A DNA stretch of 63,997 nucleotides, filler included, from Streblomastix strix (Eukaryota): NCBI GenBank assembly GCA_008636045.1. It is 4 parts of 4 records of this genome, joined end to end, with 100 filler letters (N's around TTAATTAATTAA, not from the genome) between each part and the next. Parts side by side here need not be neighbours in the genome. Positions count along the whole stretch, not along the records: positions 16,318 to 32,531 come from SNRW01000857.1; positions 32,632 to 48,842 come from SNRW01000858.1; 2 more parts are not named here. One strand, 5' to 3'. Position numbers and translations under genes: made by a program. Positions 27,501 through 40,800 of this stretch are shown here, in pieces. Below the pieces are notes generated by a model, which made no database searches, had not been told where the DNA came from, and saw only the letters and a list, made by a program, of their open reading frames with translations. Numbering within the stretch: the first letter of the stretch is position 1; the number at the start of each line of letters is the position of its first letter.

Positions 27501-29242
27501 CGCAGTCTCAATTAAGTCTTTGCAAGTTAAAATTCTAAATTTCAATATGGTAGTAAATAAGCTGATAATATTGGAGACGCTTTGTTTGATAGTACTAAAT
27601 GCAAACGTGTTTAGGGAAAGGACTCATTCATTGATACAATTATGAATGAAGAAACATCATGTTTACTTCCTTCAGATATTGTATACATATTTATTATTAT
27701 TATTATTATTAATATAATTATTATAATTACAATTAATTTATATAATAGGACTTTCCAGAAAGTTCAATATCAAAAGCTTAAACAGGTGCAGAGAGATGTT
27801 TAGATTAGAACCGCATGCCTGGAATTACTTATCCTTTTAACGGCCTTGAAAGTCTTCTTGACCGTTTTTAGCAGAGCATTGAAGATTTAATGACTCGCAA
27901 TCCTGAGATTGTGGATAATATTCCCTTCAACGACACTGATTTCTCATTTATCATTGAAAGTGCTCGCAATGATATTCTTTATGGTCTGAATTAGATTGGA
28001 GATTACCTTATGGATAATTTGGATAAATTCTCAAGCTAATACTCTACTATACTACTAGTTCTGTTCATAGCACTTAGTGTTATTATCTTAATATTATCTT
28101 TTATATTTTTCATTCCTCTCCCTCAATAACTTAGAGAAGTATCTTCCTAGACACAGTGGATAAATATCATTACATAGACAGTTTAAAAAGGTAAAAGCAT
28201 TGATTAGGTTGTATTTGATGAAGAACTTGCTACAACAGTAAATCGTATGGATGCTGCTCATAAGTAACTCTATGAAACAATGACAATAGTAGGAAAAGCA
28301 ATCACAGATGAACGTGATAAATGCATTAAGCGTAGAAAAGAAAAAGAGCACAATGATAGTGAAAAAGATGATGTAATAATTGCAAGTAGTTCAATACTCC
28401 AATTAATGCTCGATGTTCTTGTCTGGCGTATGAGTACTCATTGTTCAGATGAAGAGATGTTGATGAATAAACTTGGTCTTCCTTCTGTTTCTGCTGATCA
28501 GCATAAGTCAGATCATGTATAAATAATGCGTAAACTGATGAAATTCCACGAAGAGGTATTAAAGTGCTTCAAATAGTTTGAGGATGAAATAAACTTAATT
28601 AAAGTTGAATAGGAAATAAAAAAGAAAGCAATATAGGAAAGCGGAGGTGAGAAAGTTAATTTATCAAAAACAATAGTCGAACTTCCAACATCAGAAGATT
28701 GCCTTACATTCTTCTCTACACTTCAAAATGTGCATTTAAAAACTATAGATTGTGAGTTTGCTCTGTTTATGGGAGAGAAAGTTGGTTAGAGTCTTCTTGA
28801 CCTCCAGATTAACCTTGATGCTTTTGAAGAGATGCCTTCAGTCAGACAATTCATGGATTCAAGTTAAGATGTAAGCATGACTGAAAAAATGTATTATGAT
28901 GAGACTGTTGAAAGGATTAAATAAAGTATTCACGAGATATCAAATGGAATACTCACATCTGTTATAAATAAAAGTAATGATGGATAAGATATTCAATAAT
29001 AAAATTAATAGAATAATGGAAATCTATCATAGATTAATAATATTTAAGCCCTTCAGAATATATCTGGGATGAATATCGACTAATAGAACTAAAATCAAAT
29101 GAATATTATCGATCCAGTTAACATATCCATGTAACAATATATACAATCTTAATAAGGAAGCCTTGGAATTATGGGAAATTAGATGGGTTTCTTCAACCCA
29201 AGTAGTTTGGGAAACCCAATTCTTGCATCATCTGGAAATTGA
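24573..29242 (+). CDS. Mirror copy of the TmcB-like/hemerythrin gene (no start codon)
   Basis: Reverse complement of 19607-24276. Intron 27681-27748; TGA at 29240-29242. Confidence 0.7.
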
Positions 29243-29511
29243 CTTCAAAATGATTCCTCAGTTGTATATATTAGAATGTAAAATTAATAATTTTATTTTT
29301 AATTTAATTTTATCTTAATTATTATTTATTCTTTGAATAAATATTAACATTTTATTATCAAAATTCATCAATCACATGTCAATTCACATAAATTTACTGT
29401 CTAAATTGTCATAATTACCGTGCTATATTTCATATTAATCGTTAAATAATTTAAATGTATAAATAAATATATTAACAACAAATGTTTCACTCATATTGAT
29501 TAATTTATTAT

Positions 29512-32500
29512 TCAGAAGTTCCATTATGGAAAGACTCTTTTGTAAAGTGACATGCAGACTGTTTCAGCCTGATCCAAACGACCACTGAATATTGCCTGAA
29601 TATTTTTTAATAGACAAATTAATAAAGAAATGAAATAAATGATTCATCAGAACCTTGAAATATCCATGTGTACCGAGTGGCTCTTTAATACGTCCGAGTT
29701 TCCCCTTCTTTGTCCACAGATCAACAGGTTTGAACCAGTTAATGTCGTCTTTGTGATAATTAAATAACAACAATGAAAAATGATTAATAATGAGCATATA
29801 ATAATTTTAAATAATAAAGTAAAATGATAAATTTTTTTTCAAAACCTGGAGAGAAGAACATATATCGGATGATAGCAGAAGTCCCCTTATGTATTTTTAC
29901 AGGGTATCCTAGTTGATAATAAGAAGAAATTTAATGAGATAAGTAATAAATAAAATATCAATCAAACCAGTGAGAATAATACGTTTGATTATTAATCTAT
30001 CGGGATCAATGGAATATGTTGATCCATTAGCTACAAGAAGAGGAAAAGATGGAAGTGATAATGATAAAGTTGTAGGAATCTATTGAGTTAGAGTTAATTA
30101 ATGAGGATTTGAAGATAACTACGGTTATGAAGGAATAAGAGATTAAGTAAATGGTAAACGAAGTTATCCAAATTAAGATTGAGAAAATGAAGACATAAAA
30201 GATGTCTATTTCTGAATGGCAAATGGATTTTAGTCTTTTCCTAATTTTCTTTCTTCTAGTATTTCTTATTATCGTTAATCGCCTTAAAGATTGAATGGTG
30301 TGTTTTATTCTTCATTTCTAAACATAAGGACGGGTACTTTACCAAATGTAATTGGAGCATATGTGCTTGCAATAACGAGAGTATTTAAACCAAAATTAAC
30401 TTCCTAAATAATAATTTCAATAAATAAAACATAAAAAATATAAAAACAATGAAATATTTACAAATGTAAAGATTAATATCAAATATATACCTTCATATAT
30501 TTTCCTTTTGAACTTGTTGTTTTAATAACTGAGGTTGATAGAGTATTTTCCGTAGAAGATGATGAAGATGATTAATTTTATTAAGTCTATATTGTTGTTG
30601 TTGATGTCTACGAACGTGTTGATATAGTTGAGAAAATTGGGCGACATTTTAAACGCCGAAAACCGACCTATATAAGAAGCTGAGACTGAAAATGTAATAT
30701 TAAGGATTGAAATTAAAAATAAAATTAGTAATATTTTAAAAAATCATAAATTTAAAATTCAAATCAACCTTAGATTATAAAGGAGGAATTGGATGTAATA
30801 AAGAAATTGAATTTGTATATGAAGAATTAATATTTTTATTTTCTTATTCAATCATTGAATTTATTACTCCTTTCTTTTTCTATTCTTCAATTAGTTCATT
30901 ATTGTGTGTGTATATGGATGGATTAAGTGTGAGTGCGAAGTGAAGAACGGAGACCTTATGTTCATGTCGTAAAAGACCAAATATGACAAGTGGATGAGGT
31001 GAATATAATGAAGATTGAGAATATTAGGATAATGAAGAGGAAATGGGGATTTGAGATAATGAATTATTAGAATTGAATAAAGGAGATGGAAATGTTTGTG
31101 TCTGTAATAATGGTTAAGGAATGAGCTCTTATTATTATATTTGCTATTATTATTATTAAGGAAAGAAGTGATTCATTATTTATTGTGCTGTAGATACTGG
31201 CATGTCTTTCAAAGTAATTGTTACTATGTCTCCGGGTTAGAAAGGAAATGGACGTTTATGTGGATGTAATTAATCATGAAGTGGAAAAGATTATTTATTC
31301 TCTTTATCTAATTAATGATCAATTTATTTTTCCATTGAATAACTCTACTTATCTCCTTCTTACTCTTTATCATTTTATTTATCTTCAATATTCTCTGGAA
31401 TCTTCTGTCTTTCATTTTCTCTAACCCAAATATCACTCTCCTTCAATGATGCTCTGGATGTCTATCCAGAACTGGCAAAGGCAAATATACGACTGTACTC
31501 TGGTGGTAAATTCTCCTATAATGTGAAAGAATGAATATAAACATAGAGAATATAAACATAGAGAATATAAACATAGAGAATATAAACATAGAGAATATAA
31601 ACATAGAGAATATAAACATAGAGAATATAAACATAGAGAATATAAACATAGAGAATATAAACATAGAGAATATANNNNNNNNNNNNNNNNNNNNNNNNNN
31701 NNNNNNNNNNNNNNNNNNNNNNNNNNNNNNNNNNNNNNNNNNNNNNNNNNNNNNNNNNNNNNNNNNNNNNNNNNATATAAACATAGAGAATATAAACATA
31801 GAGAATATAAACATAGAGAATATAAACATAGAGAATATAAACATAGAGAATATAAACATAGAGAATATAAACATAGAGAATATAAACATAGAGAATATAA
31901 ATATAGAGAATATAATAAAGTAATATGAATATCTTTGCATTCAAACCTTTGTATCCCACGGTGAAGATTAGAATGATCGCATACCCCTATATCTGAAAAT
32001 TAATGAATAAATAAAAATGATTTATATATATATATATATCTTAAAATCAAACTTTGAAAATCTCTCTCTCGCTGATGTATCTAAAGGAACATCAACTTCA
32101 TCTGGGAATTCTTTCTCCCCTCGAACAAATCCAATCTAAGGATGAAAATGAAATATTAACATATATTAATATATATTAATATATTACAATTATATAAATT
32201 GAATTTAACATTTAAACTATTTTTAAACCATCTTTTTTCTGTCTTCTTTGTTTCTCTTTTCCTCCTCCAATAAAACATCAACAACAGATTATGTCTCTTC
32301 AATAACTTTATTCTTAGCATCTAATGATACAACAAAATTAAAATAAGTATAAATACAATGAGAAAATTTCTCTTAATTATATATAATGAAAAAAATATAT
32401 TAACCTTCTTCTTATTAAAATTATAGGGCATTTAATGCTCCAGAAATGTCTGGAAGTTCTCCAAAAGTATCATCAATATCATTTTAATCACTTTTACCAT

Positions 32501-32531
32501 CAATTTTATCAGATTCTACATCCATCAACAT
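29512..32531 (-). CDS. TSR1: Mirror copy of TSR1
   Basis: Reverse complement of 16318-19337. Confidence 0.9.
31533..31914 (-). repeat. Mirror copy of the 15-bp minisatellite
   Basis: (AAACATAGAGAATAT)n with a 100-N gap. Confidence 0.97.
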
Positions 32532-32631
32532 NNNNNNNNNNNNNNNNNNNNNNNNNNNNNNNNNNNNNNNNNNNNTTAATTAATTAANNNNNNNNNNNNN
32601 NNNNNNNNNNNNNNNNNNNNNNNNNNNNNNN
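32532..32631. other. Artificial contig linker
   Basis: N44-TTAATTAATTAA-N44. Confidence 0.97.
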
Positions 32632-33160
32632 ATCTAACATATTCTTTAGCGTTTCAGGGAAATTTCTCCCACAAGTAGTAACTTAGATATTATGCTAGCA
32701 TGGATTTTCATAACAAGTTGTTGCTCTAGCATCTTTAGGAAATAACAGACACACACTTGTAACATGAGATAATGAAATGTTTTACGAAGTTCTTATTCCT
32801 GTTGTAGTAGCACTTGTTGGGAACTACCAAACTTAAATTCTCTATGAAGGTACAACAAATGGTCTATTAGCATAGAATTCACGAACTCTTTAATGTGAAC
32901 GTAATAGTAATGGTGCGCTAACATTTGATGGATTAGACACAAATAATTAAAATGTATCAATAGGATTAAGTGGAGCACCTATTTATTAAAGTGATACATA
33001 TTGTTATTATAACGTTGATTTAATGGGTAAAAGACCCCCACCACCAATTCTATGCACTATACATGATACATTCTGGCTATTTGGACTTGCTAACGGAGAT
33101 TCATGTGTTTATGATGTTAATAACACATTTGATGAAGTGATAAGTTAGATTGAAGGATGA
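32632..33160 (+). pseudogene. C-terminal part of a putative major capsid protein
   Basis: LQCERNSNGALTFDGLDTNNQNVSIGLSGAPIY...PPPPILCTIHDTFWLF...DEVISQIEG* is a beta-rich C-terminus next to a packaging ATPase. The upstream part is disrupted. Confidence 0.45.
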
Positions 33161-33299
33161 AAAATCAATATTAGTGTTTTGTTTTTATTTAACCAAAATG
33201 TATAAATAAATATATGAGACACTTAAGCTGCTAGAACTATAATTACTAAATGATTATTAACAAAAAAACTAAAGAAATTTAAAAATTTGATATAAAACT

Positions 33300-33793
33300 A
33301 AAATAAATATATATAAAATTTAAATTTAATACTAGATCAAATACGAAGTGTGATACAGTTAGTTGGTTTTTAATTTTAAAGTTAAGATAGTCAATCATTG
33401 AAATATTTTATTTTTTAATTTAAAACAATCTTTTAATTTAACAGAAAACGGGTGATATTAACTTAAAATTCAATTATACAAACAGATGAAGAGGTTAGTC
33501 AGTTTCTATTACCTATAGAATTTTTCATATCAAAAAATAATTTAGGAATAATATTTATTTAATGTAGAGCAAATAACACTTTAATTGAATGATATCTTTA
33601 TATTAATGCATCATTTGTATATGAAGATTAAGATAATGCTTAGTATATAAGTGGATGTGATGAATAGTACACCAAGAAGCACTTTTTTCAATTAAATCAT
33701 GATAGAAGTGTATAATTTTGGTTTACGAATATTGATAATGAATAAGTTGATTAAAATAATGTCATTTACACTTGAAATCAATTTAACATTATG
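33300..33793 (+). pseudogene. Putative minor capsid (penton)-like remnant
   Basis: Frameshifted LYINASFVYED..YISGCDEQYTKK and QFWFTNIDNEQVD..LEINLTL*. Beta-rich, small, directly after the capsid candidate. Start approximate. Confidence 0.3.
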
Positions 33794-34173
33794 AAAAGTA
33801 TGAATTTATTTCAAATAAAATGAGTCGAGTAATATCTGACACCAAATAGAAGGCAGTTAATAAATTGAACAATAGTCTACTATAATTGAAGATATTAGAG
33901 AAATATTCACCTGAGTTAGTAATATTTGATAAAGTTGATAAATTCAAATAGTATCTTGTATTATATAAGGAATTAGTGGATTAAATAACTATATAAAAAT
34001 TAAATAAGATATTTAAAGTTAAAAGGTATTGAATTACTAAACTGAAATGTGCAATCTTTTTGAGAAAATGTCATGATAATCATAATAATATAATTAAAAA
34101 TGATTAATTAGATAAATTAATAAATGTTTTGATTGATAAAGTAATTATTTCAATTGATGACTTAGATTAATAA

Positions 34174-34839
34174 TCATGAGTCTAATATCTTTATTTTTAT
34201 TCCATCATTACTACATTATACCATTAAGGCTTATTTCGTTGTTAAATTTAAATATCATTCCCACACTTTATCTTTATTAAATGGTATAGAAGATTAATAA
34301 TAAAATAAGTTAAATTTCTTTCTTTTGAATCCATCGAAAAAGTAAATTGTATCGACATTAGCTTTTATATTTGCATCAAGAACTATTATGTCCTATAGAC
34401 ATAGAAATTATGTGATTCTTGGCTATCTATTCTTGAATAGCTTTTTGAATAATGTTAATTAATTTATTAGATGTTTCTCAACAACAGTATCATATGCTGC
34501 TTTTGCCTCAATGAGGTCATTAAGCACCCCATCAATCTCACCATAAGTAACAATCTTTGTTGGAATATTGATTAATGTACTCATCCTCTTATATGTTTAA
34601 TCATTATTGCTATCTGTAACATATATAAATAATGTATACCAGTTCTTAATCTAACTCAATTTGATTAATTCTTTGAATACATTGTATGACTTACCACTTC
34701 CTCTCTATCCAATAAGCAAGTTAATAGAATTATACGTAAAGTTAATTTCCTTGTGAATTGTACTTTATACCTCATGTTTATTCGTGACTTCACTCTCTAG
34801 TAATTCATTTACATATAGAGTTAGTGAATGATTTGACAT
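34174..34839 (-). pseudogene. A32/FtsK-HerA-type DNA packaging ATPase, degraded
   Basis: Walker A NLLIGQRGSGKS (34687-34710) and NRQPRITQFLCLQD (Arg finger/sensor Gln). No Walker B visible; internal TGA at 34255-34257. Confidence 0.75.
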
Positions 34840-34858
34840 TTATTTACAGTTGAAACTA

Positions 34859-36072
34859 ATGATTGACATGTAGTTAATATCTATTTTTTTGCTTAAACTA
34901 AGTGAGTGAACAAACTTAATAAAGTGGATCTTAATAGCCATGTGTTGCAAAATGATTAGAATATACTTCTCGTACTAAGTCAAGAGTTTAAGAACCAGGT
35001 TAATATGAAAGTAAAGGAATAATACTATCATATGAGACTTATCAGAAGATAATAGGACCATAATTAAAATTAAATTAAGAGTTGAAAGATAATAAAGATT
35101 GTAAAAAGGTTAAAGAATAATCATTTGCGAAAGAAAATGAGATTTTAGCGTAATCAGTATAGTAATCATATGCTCCACTAATAGATTTGATTGGTAAGAA
35201 TAAAGATATTCAATTTAAGAAAATGTGGTCAAATTAGCCATCATTTGAAAAGTGAAAGAAGAGTAGAAAAAATCTTAGATAAAAGAAATGGGTTGGATCT
35301 GGTGAAGATATTAATGGTGATAAATTTCCAGAGTTTGTTGTTCGTGATGATAGAGGATTTATTCAATCAGCTGTTGGACTTAGAATTACAGTTCCAATTA
35401 AGCGTCAAAAAGTCACCAAATATTTCACTGAAAATCCAACTAAAGAAGCACGTTAAGAGAAACATTATAAATAACGGAAACAAGAAGATAAACCAGCAGA
35501 TAGCTATAGACATTTCATTAAAAATATCTATCTCTTTTCTTGAAAGTGCGTGGCTATACTGTTGCTTCAGTTTATTCAGTCATTAGAGGTAGGATATGGA
35601 AGGTAGTTATTGCTCCATTGGTATTGCAATATTATGATAAATCATATTAAGCATAATCATTTATTGGAGGTGATGCTACATCACTAGCAATACATAAGAA
35701 ATTGAGTAAAGCAATAAAATTAGCATATAATTTATATTTCATAACTGGTGAAAGTGAATAAAGAGATAATTAGATGATGAAATTAATATAAGTAAGTTAT
35801 GCAGGATTTTGGAATAGTGAATTAGGAGAAATTCCTGATGATACAAATGATGAGAGTGAAGCAATATTGAGAATTCCTCTGAGTTAGATATTAAAACTAC
35901 AAAATAGAAAATAGATGAGAAGAGAGTAATTGAACAATAATAATATGAAAATAATATAGCAAAAATAAGAGCAAGGAAATATCCTAAATTTAATGAAGGG
36001 AAGATATTAGAAAATGCTATACTACTATCTTTTGAATTCGAAAATGATTTAGATGATTATGTAACAGAATGA
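34859..36072 (+). pseudogene. Decayed virus-associated hypothetical ORF
   Basis: Readable blocks such as WVGSGEDINGDKFPEFVVRDDRGFIQSAVG, broken by frameshifts and stops. Divergent from the ATPase. Confidence 0.4.
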
Positions 36073-36159
36073 AAATTATTTTAATTAATTATTATTTTTA
36101 ATTTCATTGAAATGAAACTTATTAGCTGAACTCTTGTTTCATATAAGAATAAGGTAAAG

Positions 36160-37370
36160 TAAAATTAATCGGTGCTATTATTATTCCCTGTGTCTAGTTC
36201 TATTTCTTCTTTTGTAGAATTCTATTTGTTACAGGTATTAATGAATGAATATATAATTTGACTTTGTTCCGATTGTAGTTGAACGCGTTATGGAATTGTG
36301 TCCCCAGATCGTTGAAGTCTACTGTCACACAGTTATTGATTATATTATTTAATTGTCTTAATGAATTATAAGGACATCGTCGCAGTAATTAAATATTTTA
36401 ATTTGTGACTGTTCTGATTTGTCTAAGTTTCGATTCAATCTCATCTGTTATGATGATCGGGCTATTTTTAGTATCAAATTGAATAGCTTTATAAATTCAG
36501 TTATTTTTAATTAAATTGAAAATTAAATATATTTTTGAGTTTGGAGACCTTGTGATTTAGTGAAATGCTAACTTGAGATTGAGAGAAGTTTTTCAGTAAA
36601 TTTGGTTTGTAAAGCTTTATTTTCTTTATTTCTTATCTAATTTTCTTGTTTTCACAATTTTTTTCATACTTTATTAGATACCATTATATATGAATATATA
36701 GTACCATCATTAAATTTATTAATTTTGTACCTGCATCACTTTTCTTTCATCAGATTCTTCTTCAAACCTTTCATATTGTGCTTACATCTCATCATCAATT
36801 ATTATATTAAAAATAAATTTTTTTATCTATTCAAATTCTTCAATAAATCTTATTTTCTTTCCTCTCATTCAATTAGTTTTCTCTATTAATTTTAATTTTC
36901 CTATCAAATTTTATATTTTCAGAGGAACCGTTTTCATCAGCACGTTCCTCTCTTCTATCTCATTAACTGTCGTTGCTCGATGTCCTGCAGTATAGGCTAG
37001 TGTTCTGATTGAAGAAACTTTCCTATTTCTTCTCCAGCTTCCAGTTGCTCAAGAACGGATTCGGCGTATGTCCTTGGAGTAAACCTTGGTGCGTAGATAG
37101 TCACAAATGGTCCAGGATCTGACGGTTCCAGATTTAATTGATTCATTTACATTATTGAAAATGGCCATTTCAAAGATCGGAACTCCGTATTGATATAAAT
37201 CTTATTGGAGCAACAATGATATCTCGATAAAGAGGTGAGATAAGGAGATTAGTGCATAATCAATTATTACCCTCGTCTCCCTCTAAGACAGGGTTAATAA
37301 TTCTTCTTATTCAACATCTCAGGTAGACCAAGAATAAATAAAAAATTTGTGTTCGGTTGATCCTATTAAT
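36160..37370 (-). mobile_element. Collapsed DIRS-like retrotransposon remnant (gag-like, RT and methyltransferase fragments)
   Basis: RT motif KIFNYCDDVLIIHQD (YCDD at 36376-36387), then NAFNYNRNKVKLYIHSLIPVTNRILQK...GIIIAPI resembling the DIRS adenine-methyltransferase domain. An upstream ORF from 37146 (MNQLNLEPSDPGPFVTIYAPRF) sits in the gag position. Confidence 0.65.
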
Positions 37371-37885
37371 GTTCAAAATCTTTAGTAAAAAAAATGTTAG
37401 TTATGGATTTAAAAATATTTACTTAAATGATATTTAAATTTAAAGAAATTGCTTAATTATTCTTTGCTATTAAGTCAGTATTATACAAATATTTATTATT
37501 TAATCTAGATCGCATAAATATATGAAAATGTAATTGAATTTATTTACATATTATATGTTTCAATAATTTTATTTTTCACATTAATATTTGTTATCAATCA
37601 AATTAAGGTCTCTCGTGTTATACACATTGAATAAATGAAATGAGAGATGAAAGCAAAAAATAAGAAGTAATAGTAGATGTTTAATTAAATTAAAGTTAAA
37701 TAAAAGTGAAAATAAAGTAAAAGTAAAATTGAGAATATTTTTTTTGATTTTTTAGATCACCAATTATTTGCTTACATTTCTATCGAAACTCCTCCGCTTT
37801 TATTTGAATTCGATCTATTTTTCTGATAAATAATTATAATAAAGAATTAGATAAAAAATAATAATAATGTTAATTAAATATTTTG

Positions 37886-40800
37886 TCAAACTTTCTTGTA
37901 GATTACTACTACAATTATTATAATGACAATGGCAACTATAACAACAACTGCACCAATAACTATACCTGCAATCGCTCCTCCACTCAACTTCGATTTCTTT
38001 TCTTTTATTTCTTCTTCTATAATTATTTCTTTGCATGATTCAACTGTTTATTCTTTTTTTCCTCCACATGGAATTATTCCACAATCTTATATTCTTTCAC
38101 TTTTGCAATCAAGATATTATGCAAAGTTTGCATCGAATCCTGAAATCTTTACTTCTCCAACATATCCATCAGTCTTATCATATTTATATCCTTCTGCAAC
38201 AACTTCAATTCCTCCTGCTTCATTCAACATTTCTTTTGATGAGAATAATATATCTTTTGCTCCTTTCAAATTTGAAATGCTATTGCTAGAGAAATAGTTG
38301 TTCTTCACATTGAGAATATTATGCTATCTCCGAATACAATTCCTCCTGCTTCTTATCCTTGGCATGAAATAAATTGATTGTTTGTTATTGAAATTGAACC
38401 TAAGTTATCTCCTGTAACACTAGTAGTATGCGCAGCACCTGCTATCTATGATCCATTTCTACAATTCATGAATAAGCAACTTTCAATTAAAGCAACAGAA
38501 TCTTATCCAACTTCTAACTATATACCACCAGAGAGAAGTTATGTGAAATTTGTATTGGAAATGATGAGCTTTGAACATTCAGCTTCAATTGAGATAGCAG
38601 GTGCTCCAAGTTATGAAAATTTATCTTCTGATCCGAATAGACATGAGATGATTTCCAATTTGCCTAAAGTTGCATAAATGAATGGAGAAGATATTGCAAA
38701 ATTGGAAGAAATTGTGCTATTCGGTTAAATGAATGAACTCGATTCAATTCTAGCATTCATTTATTATTCATCATTCGATGTTAAAATATTCTTAGATAAT
38801 TCAATAATTCCCCTAATGTTTTCTCCATTCTTTAAAATATTCCTTAAATTATTATTCAGAATAAAAACTTCTTCAGCTCCTTAGTTAATATAAATTACAC
38901 TCGTATCATTCATCAATTTATAACTTTCAATCTTTGCTCTTTCCATTTTCATTGTTCCTCCATTAATTGAGATTATTGAATGATAAATCTATGAATCTGG
39001 AGCATCTGATTCAAATTCACAATCAATAATTGAAAGTTAGGGATTTTATTCATTGTTATCTGATAATAAGGAGATGAGTGGATTAATGGATGTTGGATTA
39101 ATGTTATCAAAATGAAGTCCAAAAAGTTCAAGATGACTAGTTCCAGAAATTGTGAAGAGAGAACTGCTAAATGATGATGTTTGTATTTATCGTTTAATAT
39201 AGTCAGTTCCTCCTGTTATATATCCACTTGACCGAATTTTGAAATTGTTTCCAATTGGAGTATTCGAATCAATCATTATTCCATTTTCAAGTTAAGTGTT
39301 TGTTTATAATTCGATATTGATAGTTGCTGGATTTGATGGATAATCATCTATTGATAATACGATATTTAATATATACTTAATTGTATAACATTTCAATCTA
39401 CTATTTCCACAAATTGGATGATCTTTTCCATATTCAGCATCAACAAGATATGGATCGTTAAATTTAGGAGTTAATGAAGGGCTGATGAAAAGTGGTTCAT
39501 GATCAGTAAATAGAGCATTTCCACTATTTGCTTTAGATTTATTAATTCCCATATAATCAAAGCAATACCACTCATTAGTGTACAGATCAGATATTATGTT
39601 TGATAAATTACTCATGTCTTTCACTGTGAGAAGAGATCCTGTTTTGATCTAATTACCAATAGCAGTTGTGTCATCTGAGAGAATATGTAAGTTGTTTCCT
39701 GCCCCAGAAGCTTTGCAGTTTGTGAAACTAAGATCTGTTAATTGGAAATTCGTTGTTGTTAAAGGAGGTGGATTGTATTATATATCGATATAAATCGCTC
39801 CACCCCAGCCGTATTATGTTGAAGAACTTGGTAGTGTTTTGCAATTCGTGAATGATGAATTTGTAATTGATATATAACAATTAGGTTACTATTAATTAAT
39901 CGCAATTGCTCCACCTCTTCCTGGTCCTGAACAACCACAGTCTGTAAATATTCCATTATTAATAATCAATGCAGAATTCGAATATAAGTCAATATTTATA
40001 GCTCCTCCATTACCTATGCCTTGACTTCCTGAAAATATTGACTCATCAATAGATGTAGTGCCTGAATATACATCTATCAACAAAGAACCACCATTCCCAG
40101 TGTTATATTAGCTTGAACAATTAGTGAATTATGCCCTATCTAAAATGAAACTAGATAAATCATTATAATTCCATAACTAATAATGGATTGATCCGCCTTA
40201 AAATCCGGAAATACATTCAACGAATTAGCAATTATGGACCTCAAATATTGCTCCATTTCTCTGATCTAAGTATATTGCACTTCCCATATCAGCTTCACAT
40301 TTTTCAAACATAACATTATCAGAGATTATACATTTACTATTCGATCCACTAATGCCAATATTCATTCCTCCTCCTCCCCACATTGTATTTATACATTAGA
40401 CAAATGAAGTTTGATTGATAATTGTCAGAGTTCCTCCAGAATCTCGTAATTGAGCATAAATACCTCCACCATCATTGTTTACAGTGCATTCCTTGAATTA
40501 GACATTATTAACTTCACAAGTACCCATATTTAATAATTCAACACTTATTGCGCCACCAGTGAAACTTTAGCATTTCTCAAATTTGACTTAATCTGAAACT
40601 ATGAATTAACTGTTTGATCCATTTACAACTGCTTTAATAGCTCCTCCTATACGATTATTACTTTATTGAGTTGAACAATTATAGAATGTGCACTAATCAG
40701 TAACTTTCAATATACTTCCATAATATAATTCAGCATTAATAGCAGCACCACTTCCAATTACTTAATATTGAATATTAGAGAATGTAGTTTAACTGATTGT

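Larger units (their letters stand above)
16318..32531. repeat. Contig-wide inverted duplication: arms 16318-24276 and 24573-32531, 296-bp spacer
   Basis: Mirrored ORF coordinates all sum to 48849 with identical translations; the N gap is mirrored too. Confidence 0.97.
32632..36075. mobile_element. Decayed Polinton-like/endogenous DNA virus fragment
   Basis: Compact intronless decayed ORFs around an A32-like packaging ATPase, with capsid-like ORFs alongside. Boundaries approximate; left end cut by the contig edge. Confidence 0.65.

Noticed and set aside
16318..32531. Giant transposon or linear replicon with 8-kb terminal inverted repeats
   Set aside because: The arms contain truncated housekeeping genes, no mobility genes and a duplicated assembly gap.
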